Assembly (NCBI GenBank): GCA_951406725.2 | Contig: OX597827.1 | Span: forward strand, 52,142,001-52,206,000 | Reading direction: 5' to 3' | From: Octopus vulgaris | Lineage: Eukaryota | Length of the DNA: 64,000 nt | Part shown: piece by piece, positions 50,797 through 63,640 of the stretch | Layout of the letters: each line of letters opens with the position of its first letter | Position numbering within the stretch: the first letter of the stretch is position 1 | The notes under the pieces: generated by a model | Database searches by the model: none | Seen by the model: the letters and a program-made list of their open reading frames with translations, nothing else | What the model was told of the DNA's origin: nothing | Position numbers and translations under genes: made by a program

Positions 50797-52867
50797 CTAA
50801 GAGAGAGAGAAAGGGATAAATATTAAGGGAGCAAGATGATGAGAAAATAGAACAAACTTTAAACTGAGTGTAATTCCAATCTCAATATTAACACCCTGAT
50901 CCTCCCACTCAAATATCCTCCCCTAATTCTAACTCACATTACACATTTTTCTTCTTTATAAATCTACTCAATTCTAAAAATATCAGCTGCTGCAGAAAAT
51001 CATTTGTTCAATCATTTTTCCTAAACCAATAGTAATGTTTTCCATTATCTTCAGTTATAATCAAAACAACTAGGTTGTATTTGGTATTTGCTAATTTCCA
51101 CATTTTCTCCAAACATCCACTATCATAGAAGCCAAATGCTTATTCATCAACAATTATACTGTAAGGAATTTTCTTCCCATTTGTTCTTAACAGCAAAACT
51201 AATGCCTATGAGCAGAAGTATGTTGTGTCTAGAATTCTCATATCTCCATTTCTTAAAAAAAATCAGGATTCTTGTCACACAGCATGTCACAAAGTAAAAA
51301 TTGAGAGCTCTTTATTTGTTGAAAAGAGTTATCATTTGCCAGTTATTAAGAGATAGTCAACTAGGCTGTAGGAGAGGGATGGCACTTAAACCAGACTTTG
51401 AAGCATCTATATTGATCTTAATCACAACTTGGATAGTAACCCAACTCCAGTCATAACATCCTGAAACTGACTTGATCATGATTGTAAAGTTTCAACCATC
51501 TCAATACTGCTATAACAAATAATGTAACATATATGTGAAAGTCCTGATTACCTGAATTGAATTTGTACAGTTAGCTGAATTGGCCATTCTACAAGTCAAA
51601 AAATAATTTACTAGTAAATCCTTCACCAATGCTAAAAATTGGTCCTGGCAAGTTTAACTCAATTACACAGTCAACACAGCCATAAATGGTTGTCTGGTGT
51701 AGGTCTTAATTTACTATTACAAGCCGTAGACTGCTGTTAGTGCTTCTCATTTTTTTTCTTTTATTTCATTTTATATTTACAATTTGTGAACAATAGCATA
51801 GTTTAGTTGGTTTCTAATGGGTAAATCACTGGTTCACATTTTTGATGGTGTGAAACCCAATGCAAGAAACTTCCTTTGTAAAGCACCATTGTGGGATTTG
51901 ATGAGGGGAGGGTTGCCTCACTAATGTTTAAATCCTACGTTAATATAAACCAACAAAGATATAAAAATACAAACACACACACATATATGTGCAATGGGCT
52001 TTCACAGTTATCAAACTCCACACACAAGGTAATGGGCAACCCAAGTTTTTATTATAGGAATCACTTTGAACTCCTTAGCTGTACAACCAGTCTTGAAGAA
52101 AAATACATTCTAGTGAATTTTTTCTTGAATCACTCAAAGATTTCTTCAGTGCCTCACTGAACTAGAAACAAATGGAACTAGACTATAAGTTTTGTTAGGA
52201 AAAGAATTACCAAGAATAAAAACTGTTCAACAGTGAAACAAATGCTACTTTTACACACATATTGTCGAACACATAAGAGATATATCAAAAACCACACTAC
52301 TGAACCATCCTGGGTCACAATTCATAAACAATACAGAGCTCAAATTATTACCTACCCACTTTCACATGCTACACTAAACAAATACTCATAGAAATTATAC
52401 ATATTCAACAGTGACAACAGGTAATAATAGTTAAACCTCTAAAAAGCAACGACAAACTGTATATTCATCACTACATTTATGTGCATATTACTCACAGAAA
52501 CATCGACACTCTGGATGATATTTAAGGAAAACCTACTCACTTGATGATCAACACTACTATGTCTAAAACACAGCCAACATTGGCCCATTTATGTGCTATT
52601 TCTTTTTCGCTTACCTCTGAATCAATTTAATTTAATTTTGCCCCAGAACTATACACTTTTGGAAATCACTTCACACACATCCATAACATTTTATTATAAA
52701 ATAGTTGTAAAAATAAGTAGAGTGACAAGAATTCTTTACACGCATGCACATATAAACAACAATAAAATTTTCTAAAATTCTTTCTCTGCTTATTGTGACC
52801 TACAGATGCTGAACATATATTGTACAGACAACAGCTTTGCTTACTCAACAAACACAAACAAACTTAC

Positions 52868-53031
52868 AAGGAGAGTACGCTGGAAGTTTGACTGGACTGA
52901 GCTGAATGCTATTTTTCCAACTGATGTAGCTATGGTAGGTAGTATTAATGCTCCACACATGACTCGAGTAGCTGACATTGGGTTGGTCTGATCCGTACGG
53001 CCTTCAACCATGCTTGTGTCACGGTAGCACT
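52868..53031 (-). CDS. MARCHF5: MARCHF5 penultimate coding exon
   Basis: Acceptor ttgcag|AG is phase 1. Encodes ECYRDTSMVEGRTDQTNPMSATRVMCGALILPTIATSVGKIAFSSVQSNFQRTLL (cf. SATRILCGALVFPTIATIVGK...SNLQRTIL). Donor CTT|GTAAGT is phase 0. Confidence 0.95.
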
Positions 53032-53967
53032 CTGCAATAGAAACGAGGGGATCGTTGATGTGACAATGTTATAATTGCTTGTTGTATGCTACAAGTAAAC
53101 ATCTAAGATGCTGCTGCAGTGAAATAGGTTTCACAACCAACTATATATTTCTGGGTTTCATATTCTATAACTATGAACTGCTGACAGAGGCAGTTGTAAA
53201 TATTTGCAAGTGCCATGATTTTCTGGATTCCTAGATATTTTAGGTGTGTGCAAGATCACTCCACTAGAGTGTTTGAGAATGAAGGATGCAAGATCAAGAT
53301 TATAAGTTGCACATGAGGTTTAATAATTGCTTCAATGTCTAGATTCAACTGGCTGATTTTGGTAAAATGTTTACAAAGGATACTTGACTGCAAGTATACA
53401 GATAAGTTGTTTGACTACAGGTAAGCCTTGATCAAGCTGACCTATGGCCAAAACTATTCCCGCTTCTGAAGATATAGTACATTCAGGAATACATTATTCA
53501 AAGTGTCTTTCAGGTTTTAATGATGATTTGGAGTTATATAAGTGAGATTTAAATGCTTTCTCCAGCAGTTCAAACAACTGTATAAACATGCTTTTTTTGG
53601 CCCATTATTAAAGCATGAAATATGATTATATGATTATTATCAGAACTGTTGAGATAGTTCACTGTTGTTTTTATAGTTCTTACATTGATGCTGAGCGGAG
53701 GAAACCTAGAAGATCAACAGTCAGGATTACCATGATTTATCAAGAGAGTAACTGCAATGCATCCACATGAATAAGAATACTGATCTAATAATCAGAAATA
53801 TGATTACAGCAACATGATAGATTTTTTATGCAAAATGGTAGAGGTTAATGAAGTGTAATGTAATTACATAGTGAGATATAGTATAGTAAGGTATGCTATA
53901 ACTTTATATTAGATTTATTGTGATAGAAATATGGAGTGAACAAATAAAGCATTAAAAACACACTCAC

Positions 53968-54154
53968 CATCTTTGAAAAGATAATTAATAAGAGGTAACC
54001 GAGATGAGTGCTTGCGCCACAGCCGCAAAACATAGTCCTCCCACCTGACCAATTTTCCACAGATCAAGGTCAGTGGAATGGCAGGTAATCCAAACAATAA
54101 AAATAATGGATCAGCCCGTTCCATCACATTCAGGCCCTCTTTGTGGCCCAACAC
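53968..54154 (-). CDS. MARCHF5: Mitochondrial E3 ubiquitin ligase MARCHF5 (MITOL), internal exon
   Basis: VLGHKEGLNVMERADPLFLLFGLPAIPLTLICGKLVRWEDYVLRLWRKHS closely matches the vertebrate MARCH5 segment VVGHKEGLDVMERADPLFLLIGLPTIPVMLILGKMIRWEDYVLRLWRKYS (recalled). Acceptor ctag|GTG, donor G|GTGAGT (phase 1). Confidence 0.96.
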
Positions 54155-55612
54155 CTAGACAATGAGAATAAGAACATCAACAACAAAGTCAGAATAAGGT
54201 ATGATATTATCTAGCACAACACACCACACACAAATAAACATGGAAAATTAAATAACAAATAACCTAAATTCTACACATTGTACAACACAAAATCAAATTG
54301 AGTAAACTGGATACAATAATACTACATTACATTCCTACATGCAGCTAAACTCATACAACTAAATCTTAATTTTTTTATCCTGGTCTCTGTATTATTAAAA
54401 ATTCCCATGCAGTCTCCACTACAGGTTTTGAGTCAACAATCTGTTTGTTTTGGTGGGATTTAACAATCTCAGAAGAATTTAAAATTTACCAATAATAACT
54501 TAAATATATCAAAGCAGCTTTTATAAACAGAAGGAATCAAGTGCTTACATACATGCAGTAGAGGTCTAGTTGATAAGGACAATACTGCACTTGTCTTAGA
54601 AACAAAGATTCCTAACTTGGATCTGGTTTGCAACCATATAATATCCAGGAAAAAGACACTGCATGACAACTGGAGATCAAAATGTAGTTTAGATATAAAC
54701 CACTCAATAGCAGTGTTTTTCTACTGCCTGATGCATGTATATGTACCAATAAGGGAGACCTCTATGTGGTACTACAAACTGCTAGAAATAGTAGTCAAAT
54801 CCCCCTCAAATTACATCCTATTGTTATATGCATAAAGCAACAAGGGCACCTCTATATTTCCACACAACAAAAATAGCAATCAAATATCCCTTGAATTACT
54901 CTACATTATATGTATATATGTATACATGTATGAACAAACATCTCCACAAATCATACTCAACTGTCATATGTATATATTAAATCATCATCATTGTCATGAT
55001 GTAACATCCTTTTATCCATGCTGGCATGGGTTGAATAGTTTCATAGGAACCAACAAGCCAGAGAACTGCACTGAGTTTCAATGTCTTCTTTCATTTTCTA
55101 CAGTTGGACACCCCTCCTAATGTCAGCCAGTTTACATAGTGTTAATGTCTAAGAGAGTATGATGGATGTTTGTAATGAGTGACACGAGTGAAAGAGAGTA
55201 GTGGCTAGCATATAGAAGGGGGGGGTGTAAAGTTAACTGGTAAGGGAGAGCATGGGTGATGGATAATCAAGCTGGTAGTAATGATGGTAAGAGAATGATA
55301 GATGTCAATAAAAGAGTGATCTGTGAGATGGAGTAATGGCAGCAGGAACAAGAGGATAAATGGGAAGGTGCTTTGGGTACCTTCATTATTCAGGCCTCAT
55401 GGTAGCAGAAAAACATTAATGGCAATTACATGTTTGCTAGTAAGAGAGACAGAGAGCGAGTGAGTGATGGATCATAGTAAGGATGTACTGAAGGCAAGGC
55501 ACAATGAATAGGAGAGTGGGGTATCAATAGATAGATGAAAGGGTATCAAATGGGTGGAGTGGGTGCACAGATGGAGTCTAAACAAGTACAAAGTGAACAA
55601 TACATATACATA

Positions 55613-56010
55613 GGTGCAGGAGTGGCTGTGTGGTAAGTAGCTTGTTTACCAACCACATGGTTCCGGGTTCAGTCCCACTGCGTGGCACCTTGGGCAAGTG
55701 TCTTCGACTATAGCCTCGGGCCGACCAAAGCCTTGTGAGTGGATTTGGTAGACGGAAACTGAAAGAAGCCCGTCGTATATATGTATATATATATGTGTGC
55801 GTGTATGATTGTGTGTCTGTGTTTGTCCCCCTAGCATTGCTTGACAACCGATGCTGGTGTGTTTATGTCCCCGTCAGCGGTTCGGCAAAAGAGACCGATA
55901 GAATAAGTACTGGGCTTACAAAGAATAAGTCCCGGAGGTCAAGTTGCTCGACTAAAGGCGGTGCTCCAGCATGGCCGCAGTCAAATGACTGAAACAAGTA
56001 AAAGAGTAAA
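55613..56010 (+). mobile_element. tRNA-derived SINE family A, full-length young copy
   Basis: A-box-like gtggctgtgtggtaag, B-box-like ggttcagtccc, an internal (TA)/(TG) run and 3' tail gaaacaagtaaaagag. CpG-rich and near-identical to the 61445-61840 copy. Resembles described octopus SINEs. Confidence 0.9.
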
Positions 56011-56869
56011 AAATATCTGAGTCACCACCACTAACTCCATTAAACTTATGCTTCACAATGGATGCATGAATGAATGAGTCTTTTCCAGCAATGCATATTG
56101 CCAACTGCCATGACCCCCAGTCATTTCTCTTATGAAGTGCAACATCTTGAGATCACTTTGTATAAAGTTCTTGTATGTGTCTCTCTCTCTTTCCTTGTCT
56201 TGACATTGGGCGACTGTAAATGAGTGTCACTGTCATACAAGCAGTGTCATTCATTTCAAATATACTACAAGAACATGTCTGGGCATGGGGAAATATTATC
56301 TTGCTTGAGATCAGGTGAGGGTTGGTGACAGGAAGGACATCAGGGCTGTAGAAAATCTGCCTCAAATAAACTCTGCCTGACCCATGCAAATATGTAAGAG
56401 TGAAAGTAGCTAGTGATATATTTTTAATAACAGTTTGATTCAGCTCCACAAGACCTTAAAGTCTTGTGGACACATAGGACATGTCCATTTCATTAGATGT
56501 TAGGAGCAAAGTGAGAGTTTTAAGAGAATTTCAAGATGCCTTCTATATGCTAGACATCTATTGGTTAGCTCAAGTTACATGCTATCAAATGACACCAGAT
56601 ATTTTATTTTTAAGTCAATGTGCTCAAACAGAATATTAACAGGGTGTACCAGAGTGTATTCTGTAACATCAGTTCTTGTGTTGGGTATTGCATTGGTAAA
56701 GTGTGATCTTGGGCTGAGTCTGTAGCTCAGCTGTCGTTCAATGGAGTATGAACACATTATTGGCAAAAATCTTTACATGGAATTAGCCAGATTTGCTGGT
56801 GTTGGGTTACTCTTGAGGTTGTTTGACCAACATGGGTGGCCTGTAGAGTTGTACAGTTAACTTGTCAAT

Positions 56870-57008
56870 ATCATCATCATCATCATCATCATCGTTTAAT
56901 GTCCGTTCTCCATGCTAGCATGGGTTGGACAGTTTGACCGGGGATCTGGGAAGCCAGAAGGCTGCACCAGGCTCCAGTCTGATCTGGCAGTGTTTCTACA
57001 CTAACGCC
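56870..57008 (-). mobile_element. Repeat family C 3' end, truncated at the Helitron
   Basis: (CAT)n followed by gtttaatgtccgttctccatgctagcatgggttggac. Confidence 0.8.
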
Positions 57009-57011
57009 ATA

Positions 57012-57400
57012 TCTTTATATATAAAAGTCAAGTTGTATGTCTGTCTCCTACGATTTAGATTCCTAACTACTCCCACATTTTGCGGTGCAGTTTAACCAAA
57101 ACCGGGTATCTTATAGTCATGATTCATATCGAGCCCTTCTGGGTATTAACGCGAGTCTACGATTTAAAAAAAAAATTACCATCATTTTTTTCCATTTTAA
57201 TGCATTTTTATCGCTATTATATAAAGGAAGTAACTCTCTAAAAATGTCTACGATGAGTCAACGATTTTTAAAAAAATTTACCATCATTTTTTTCCCCGTT
57301 TTTACTGCATTTTTTTGCTATTTTTTGGCTATAACTCTCTAAAAATGCTTATATAGTTATTTCCCTTACAAACCCGAGCAACGCTGGGCGATACTGCTAG
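57012..57400 (+). mobile_element. Non-autonomous Helitron
   Basis: A|TC 5' end and CTAG|T 3' end, subterminal hairpin CCCGAGCAACGCTGGG at 57373-57388, internal direct repeats, no TSD. Confidence 0.88.
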
Positions 57401-57435
<35 letters not shown>

Positions 57436-57929
57436 CAGCTGAATAGCCCAACATTGCCAGGCAATTTTTACAATAGAATGTCTTATATAAATTTTTGTTT
57501 ATTACATGTCAGGTCATACCTTCCCCAACAGATAGGCCTCTTGATCAGGACAGATTTGTGCAATTTGTGCAATTTTCCGCCAAAAAACTTCATTAAGGAT
57601 ATTTTTGCTTTTTTAAAGTATTTACATGTCTGTTCGACTGTTTCACATGACTTTATTCATTAAAACTTATTAGAACTTCAGAAGTTCTTACAACTTTGGT
57701 TGTCACAATGCTTTGCCTTCATTTGTTTAACAAAAATTTCTCCTCAAATAATGATTTTGCTTTCATTCTGTGATAGACAGCTATCATGCAGAAAATGTCA
57801 GCTTCCAAATCCTGTTTTCTGATTAGGTAAAATTGATTAAATTTTAAACCACGGTAACATTTTTCTAGAACAAATAAATAACAAAATCAGTGTTGTATAA
57901 CTGGCTCGTTTAAAAGTTCCCTTCAATTG

Positions 57930-58405
57930 TCAAGCAACATGCTGCGCTTGAGAAGACCTATTGAGTCAAGTGAAATTTGTCATGGCCAATGCCAGTGCCA
58001 CCCGACTGGCACCCATGCAGGTGGCACATAAAAAACACTATTCAAGCATGGCCGATACCAATGCTGCCTGACTGGCTCCCATGCCAGAGGCACGTAAAAA
58101 GCACCATCTAGGAGTGATTGATGCCAGTGTCACATGACTGGCTCTTGGGCCAGTGGTACGTAAAAAGCACCATTCGAGCATGGTCGTTGCTAGTGCTGTC
58201 TAACTGGTCTCCCGCCAGTGGCACATAAAAAGCATCCACTACACTCATGGAGTGGTTGGTGTTAGGAAGGGCATCCAGCTGCAGAAACCTTACCAGAACA
58301 GATTCGAGCCTGACGCAGCCTCTTGGCTTGCCAGTCCTCAGTCATACCATCTACTCCGTGCCAGCATGGAATGCAGACATTAAAAAATGATGATGATGAT
58401 GATGT
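57930..58405 (+). mobile_element. Repeat family C copy with ~4 tandem units and a (GAT)n tail
   Basis: Repeated gtggcac(g/a)taaaaagcacc, then ggagtggttggtgttaggaagggcatccagc. Confidence 0.8.
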
Positions 58406-58556
58406 TATTTTGATTACAATATCAGAGTCATCAGAGCAAAGCCTTTAAATGCCGTGATCTGCTTTAGCATCTGTGATTGTTAGCCACTCCATCTGCTGTT
58501 TTACTTTTCTTTCCCTCTAGCGTGACCAACAGTATTTTATTATATGTAAGATTATC

Positions 58557-58767
58557 AAGGCAGCGAGCCGGCAGAATCATTAGCATGACAGGTAAAATGC
58601 TTAACAGCATTTCATCCATCTTTATATCAAGTTCAAATTCCACCCAAGTCAACTTCACCTTTCATTCTTCTGGAGTCAATAAAATAAGTACGAGTTGAGC
58701 ACTGGGGCTGATATAATCAACCAGTCCCATCCCTTGAACTTGCTGGCCTTGTGCTAATATCTCAAAC

Positions 58768-58803
<36 letters not shown>

Positions 58804-59010
58804 GGCGGCGAGCTGACAGAATCGTTAGCACGTCGGGCAAAATGCTTAGCAGCATTTCACCTGAATTTACATTTTGAGTTCAAATCCCACCAAGGTTGAC
58901 TTATCCTTTCAGGGACAATAAATTAACTACTAGTCATATGCTGAGGTTGATGTGATCAACTTACCCACTTCCCACAAATTTCAGGCTTTGTGCCCATAGT
59001 AGAAAGGATT
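58557..59010 (+). mobile_element. Two tandem SINE family B copies separated by (ATT)n
   Basis: Heads aaggcagcgagccggcagaatc (58557) and aaggcggcgagctgacagaatcg (58802); (ATT)n at 58768-58802. Confidence 0.85.
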
Positions 59011-60064
59011 ATTACCTTTGCCTTAGCGAAGGTGGAGGTATTGTTTTCAGTCGTGTTTGTTTGTTCGTTTGTCTGTGGACAAGATATCACAAGAACCACT
59101 GGATGGCTTCGGATGAAACTGTCAGGGATGTTTGGCGTCATGACTGGTACAAACTAATTAGATTTGGGGATCAATCAGGTACCGGATAAGGGTTCTGGAT
59201 TATTTGTTGTATTTACTTTACATGAAGTATTACAATCTTACATTCTTTCAAGTCTTTCTCTGATTATCTCCCTTGAAAGCACACCCACGGTTTCCACGTA
59301 AGTTATGGCAGTGTTGCTGTTTCCAAAGTTTTATTTTTGTTTCTCTGTTATTGATTTTACTTTTGTCTCTATCTTAGTAGAAACTGATGGATAAAGAAAT
59401 CAAACTACATAAACAAATGGCAGCAAAACCATTCAGAAATTCAATAACACTAACATATTCAGTAACAATAATAAATTTTATTTATCCTCGACAATTTTTA
59501 GCTTTACCAATTTTGAATATATTGCTCCTGTTTAAAACCTCTTACCTACTTGACAATTGCATTTGAAGCTCTGCCTTCAAGGAGGCTTTACTTCTTGGAC
59601 TCACGTTTTTGTGTACAACAATGTTGTTAAACCTCTGTTAATAGCACCGTATGCAGGTCCTTTCTGGGGTTTTTTCATGCATGGATAAATTTTTCACTAT
59701 AGACCTTAATGGTCGTAAAGACACTATATCAGTGAATAGACTAAAAAAAAACCTTCATAGAGAAAACTGTCCCTGTTCCCACTGCAGACACACACACAGC
59801 ATTACAAACATGGTCTGCACACCCACCTTCACATTCCATGACTACCATTGGGATCGATCAGTTTACTAGACAAGGATTCTGAATTATTTTTGCAGCTTTT
59901 TTTTACTTAAATTTTGAGAGCGGTCTGGTTCATTTTTTAGTATTCTTGTTTGTGAGAGCAGTAGAATTTATTTTAGATATTCTTGTTTTAACAATCATCT
60001 CTGGCTAATTGTTGAGAAGATGTTGGTGTTGCCTTGGCAGAGGTTTGTGCTCTATGAGTGCTCT
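59011..60064 (+). mobile_element. Helentron-associated (HINE/DINE-1-like) non-autonomous element
   Basis: 5' subTIR acctttgcc(ttag), a (GTTT)n/gtctgt run, 3' subTIR ccttggcagaggt and terminal hairpin gtgctc-tat-gagtgc. Confidence 0.7.
59599..59750 (+). mobile_element. Gypsy/Ty3 integrase C-terminal (GPY/F) fragment
   Basis: THVFVYNNVVKPLLIAPYAGPF, then after a frameshift FFTIDLNGRKDTISVNRLK (cf. THVFVR...PYxGPF...DTVSIDRLK). Confidence 0.8.
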
Positions 60065-60249
60065 ATATAATTATTGTTGATATTACCATTATTACTACTA
60101 CTATTACTATGTCCAGAACTCTATTTTCATCTTTCCTTACAACTTGTGTTTTCTGTATCTTCCATTTATGCTCATTATTTTTTATCTTATTATCATTATT
60201 GTCATTATCTATTGGCTTTTGTTTATTTTTATATTCTATTCCTATTTGA

Positions 60250-60430
60250 TTGTCATTAAGACATGGGTAAAACAGAAACCAATGAGTTAGAGGACTGCAT
60301 TCAACAATGTCTGTTTTGACAAGGTTGCTATGGCTGGATCGTTTTCCTAACATCTATCACTTCACAGTGTGTACTGGATGCTTCTTTTTGTGACACTGGC
60401 ACTAGTGAGGTCATCAAGTAATTTGCAAGG
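60250..60430 (-). mobile_element. Repeat family C-related degenerate fragment
   Basis: ggctggatc...ttcctaac...cacttcacagtgtgtactggatgc, similar to 3121-3420. Confidence 0.45.
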
Positions 60431-60674
60431 AAAAGCAAAGACCATCAACTGAGTGGAGGTATAGAGAAGGATGTGGTATTTGAGAGGCTAAAGTATGATA
60501 GAGAGACAGACACAGATCTCTTACTATAAAGGAGATACATAGCTACCCCATATTATATAAGCTAGAAAGAAGACAATGATGTTGATAATGAGAGTCAGAG
60601 GGTACTATCAAGATACAAGGTGTGTGTAGGAAAGAATATGGACAAATGATTGGGAAGTGGATGGATGAGTTAAT

Positions 60675-60990
60675 TACTGGCACTGTCAGTTACGACGACA
60701 GTGGAACACAATCAGTGGAACAACTTGCTTGTGAAATTAACATGTATGTGGCTGAGTACTTCACAGACATGTATCCTTAACATAGTTCTCTAGGAGATTC
60801 AGCATGCTACAGAATGTGACAAAGTTGGCCCATTGAAATACAGGAACTACTCATTTTTATCAGCTAAGTGGACTGGAGCAATGTGAAATAAAGTGTCCTG
60901 CTCAAGGAGGACACAATACGCCGCTGGGAATTGAATTCACAACCTTACAGTCATGAGCCATATACCCTAACCACTAAGCCACATGCCTTC
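60675..60990 (-). mobile_element. tRNA-derived SINE family D
   Basis: Paralogous to 5835-6132 (gagattcagcatg...cagaatgtgacaaag...ggactggagca...ccctaaccactaagccac). Confidence 0.8.
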
Positions 60991-61444
60991 ATTAGAGTAT
61001 GAGAGTAGCATGACAGATTGTTAAAGATGGGTGAAGAGATTAATGTAATGAACAGGACTAAAGTGGAAGTGTGGGTTGATGGTAAATATCAGTATAGAGA
61101 GGGTTAAGGCGAAAGAATAGGAATGGTTTGAGGAGATAGGTGCCAGCACAGGAAAGGAGGAGAGCAGCAGTATGATAAGCATGTCGGTTTATCACAAAAC
61201 ATGTAGATGACTGTAGGGTGGGAAAGTGGAAGTGGGTAAAAAGTTGTAGGGCTGCCTAAATCAAGAAATATATATAGTAGAACCTTGCAGTACAAGCTGA
61301 CGCTCATGCAAATTTTTGTCTTGAAGTATGAGCAAGATTCTTACAAGCGACAGTTAGTCAGCGCTGAACTCACACTTGCCATCCCGACAAGTGCAGTTTT
61401 CGCTTGCTCAGTTCATATCTTTATCTTGTTGTGGTAGCATCTCT

Positions 61445-61840
61445 TTACTCTCTCTCTCTCTTTTACTTGTTTCAATCATTTGACTGCGGCCATGCTGGAG
61501 CACCGCCGTTAGTCGAGCAAATCGACCCCAGGACTTATTCTTTGTAAGCCCAGTACTTATTCTATCGGTCTCTTTTGCCAAACCACTAAGTGACGGGGAG
61601 GTAAACACACCAGCATCGGTTGTCAAGCAATGCTAGGGGGGCAAACACAGACACACAAACACATACATATATATATACGACAGGCTTCTTTCAGTTTCCG
61701 TCTACCAAATCCACTCACAAGAAATTGGTTGGCCCGGGGCTATAGCAGAAGACACTTGCCCAAGATGCCATGCAGTGGGACTGAATCCGGAACCATGTGG
61801 TTGGTTAGCAAGCTACTTACCACACAGCCACTCCTACGCC
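61445..61840 (-). mobile_element. SINE family A, full-length copy nested in the Tigger element
   Basis: Reverse complement of 55613-56010. Confidence 0.9.
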
Positions 61841-61915
61841 TGTGTTTTTCCTAGTGTTTTTGTTTAGTTTCGTGCATTTGTTGCTATTATTTTATAATAA
61901 TTAGTTGTGTTAGCC

Positions 61916-63640
61916 ATGGGTCCTAAGGAGGTTAGTGCAAAGGACACTGCTGAGAAGAAAAAGCTAATCACGACAGAACTGAAGAACGAAATCATAGATA
62001 CACACAAGAAAGGAATGCTTGTAGTGGACATCAATACGACCAAAGCACGTCGACAATCTGCACCATCCTGAAGAAAAAAGACGAGATCAAGACCATTACA
62101 ACAGCAGTGGGGGTCTCCAGGCTCTCTGAGCAATGCACATCTATCCACAAAAGGATGGAAAAATTGCTTCTCCAGAAGTAACATGCAGGGGATACGATTA
62201 TGGAGACCATCATTCTGAATGAAGACATGAGCACTGTATGGAGATCTCCTGAAGCACAACCCTGGAACATTGACGGTGGAGACATCAGCAGACGCATTTA
62301 TGGCTAGTCACGGCTGGTTTGAGAATTTCAAGAGGAGGACTGGTGTTTATAGCATAATCAGGTATGGAGAAGCAGCGACTTCTGACACAAAAGGCAGTTG
62401 AAGATTTCATACATGAATTCCATCAGCTCATTGCATCCAAGGGGTACATCGCACAACAGATATTCAATTGTGATGAAACTGGCCTTTTTTGGAAAAAAAA
62501 ATGCTCAGAAGAACCTACATAATTGCAGAGGGAAAGAAAATGCCAGGCTATAAGACTAAGTAAGATAGGCTCTCACCCTTTGTGTCAATGCAAGTGGAAA
62601 CTTGAAGATTAAGCCGCTCTTTGTCTACCATTCTGAAAACCTACGAGCATTCAAGTCACTCAAAATCCTGATGGAGAAGCTGCAGGTCATGTGGAGGGCA
62701 AATGTTAAAGCCTGGGTCACCAGGCAATTCTTCTCCAAGTGGGTCAACCTTGTCTTCAGACCAGCAGTGAAAAAGATCTTCCTCTCAAGGCCCTCCTCAT
62801 CCTCAACAATCCTTGACGATGATATCCTGAATGAATTCAAATTTATAAAAGCTCTGTACCTTTCACACAACACCACCCCCATCTTGCAGCCCATGCACCA
62901 ACAGGTTATTTCCAATTTTAAGAAATTGTACAACAAACACCTGTTTCGTCAGTGATTTGAAGTCACTGAAATTACAAATCTAACCCTTCATGAGTTTTGG
63001 AAGGAGCACTACAACATTGTAAACTGCCTGAAAATCATCAATATGGCCCGGCAGGATGGAACAAGGAGAACGCTGAATTCTGCATGGAGAAAACTGTGGC
63101 CTGACAGCATATCCCAAAAGGACTTTGAGGGGTTTGAGTCTGAGATACCTGTAGTCGAGGAAATAGTGTTTCTTGGCAAGTCCATGGGCCTCAAAGTTGA
63201 TGGAGACAAAACACTCAGAGGAGCTGATTACAGATGAACTCCTGCAGCTTCAGGAGCAGCATTTGGATGCAGTGGAAGAGATTGGTTCCCTAGAAGAGGA
63301 CAGTGTAGCGCAGAATGCTATTTGTACAATTGACATAAAGGCAGAGTTGGCAAAGTGGCAGTATGTTTCTGAATTTGTAGATAATCATAATCCAGAAAAA
63401 GTAGCTACAAGTTGTGCAACTGCTTAATTTAATGACATTGCTCTGGTGCATTTTTGTAATATTTTAAAAAGCACGAAAAAGCAGACTTTTCTTGATATAT
63501 TTCTAATAAAACAACCTGCAAGTGTAAAAAGTGAAGAAAGTGTGTCCAAAAAGCCTAAATTAAGCAAAGTGAGAGAGAAAATGCCAGAAATTGTTCTTCC
63601 TGATGGCTTAATGGAAGGAGATTCTTCTTCCCAACAGTAA
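61916..63640 (+). pseudogene. Tigger-like (TIGD1-type) transposase pseudogene
   Basis: MGPKEVS...ITTELKNEII (CENP-B-type HTH), FMASHGWFENFKRR, IFNCDETGLFWKK, LQPMHQQVISNFK and ...MEGDSSSQQ*, with multiple frameshifts and stops. Confidence 0.9.

Noticed and set aside
55613-55690. tRNA-like sequence (also the heads of families B and D)
   Set aside because: No complete cloverleaf; it continues into a multi-copy SINE body.
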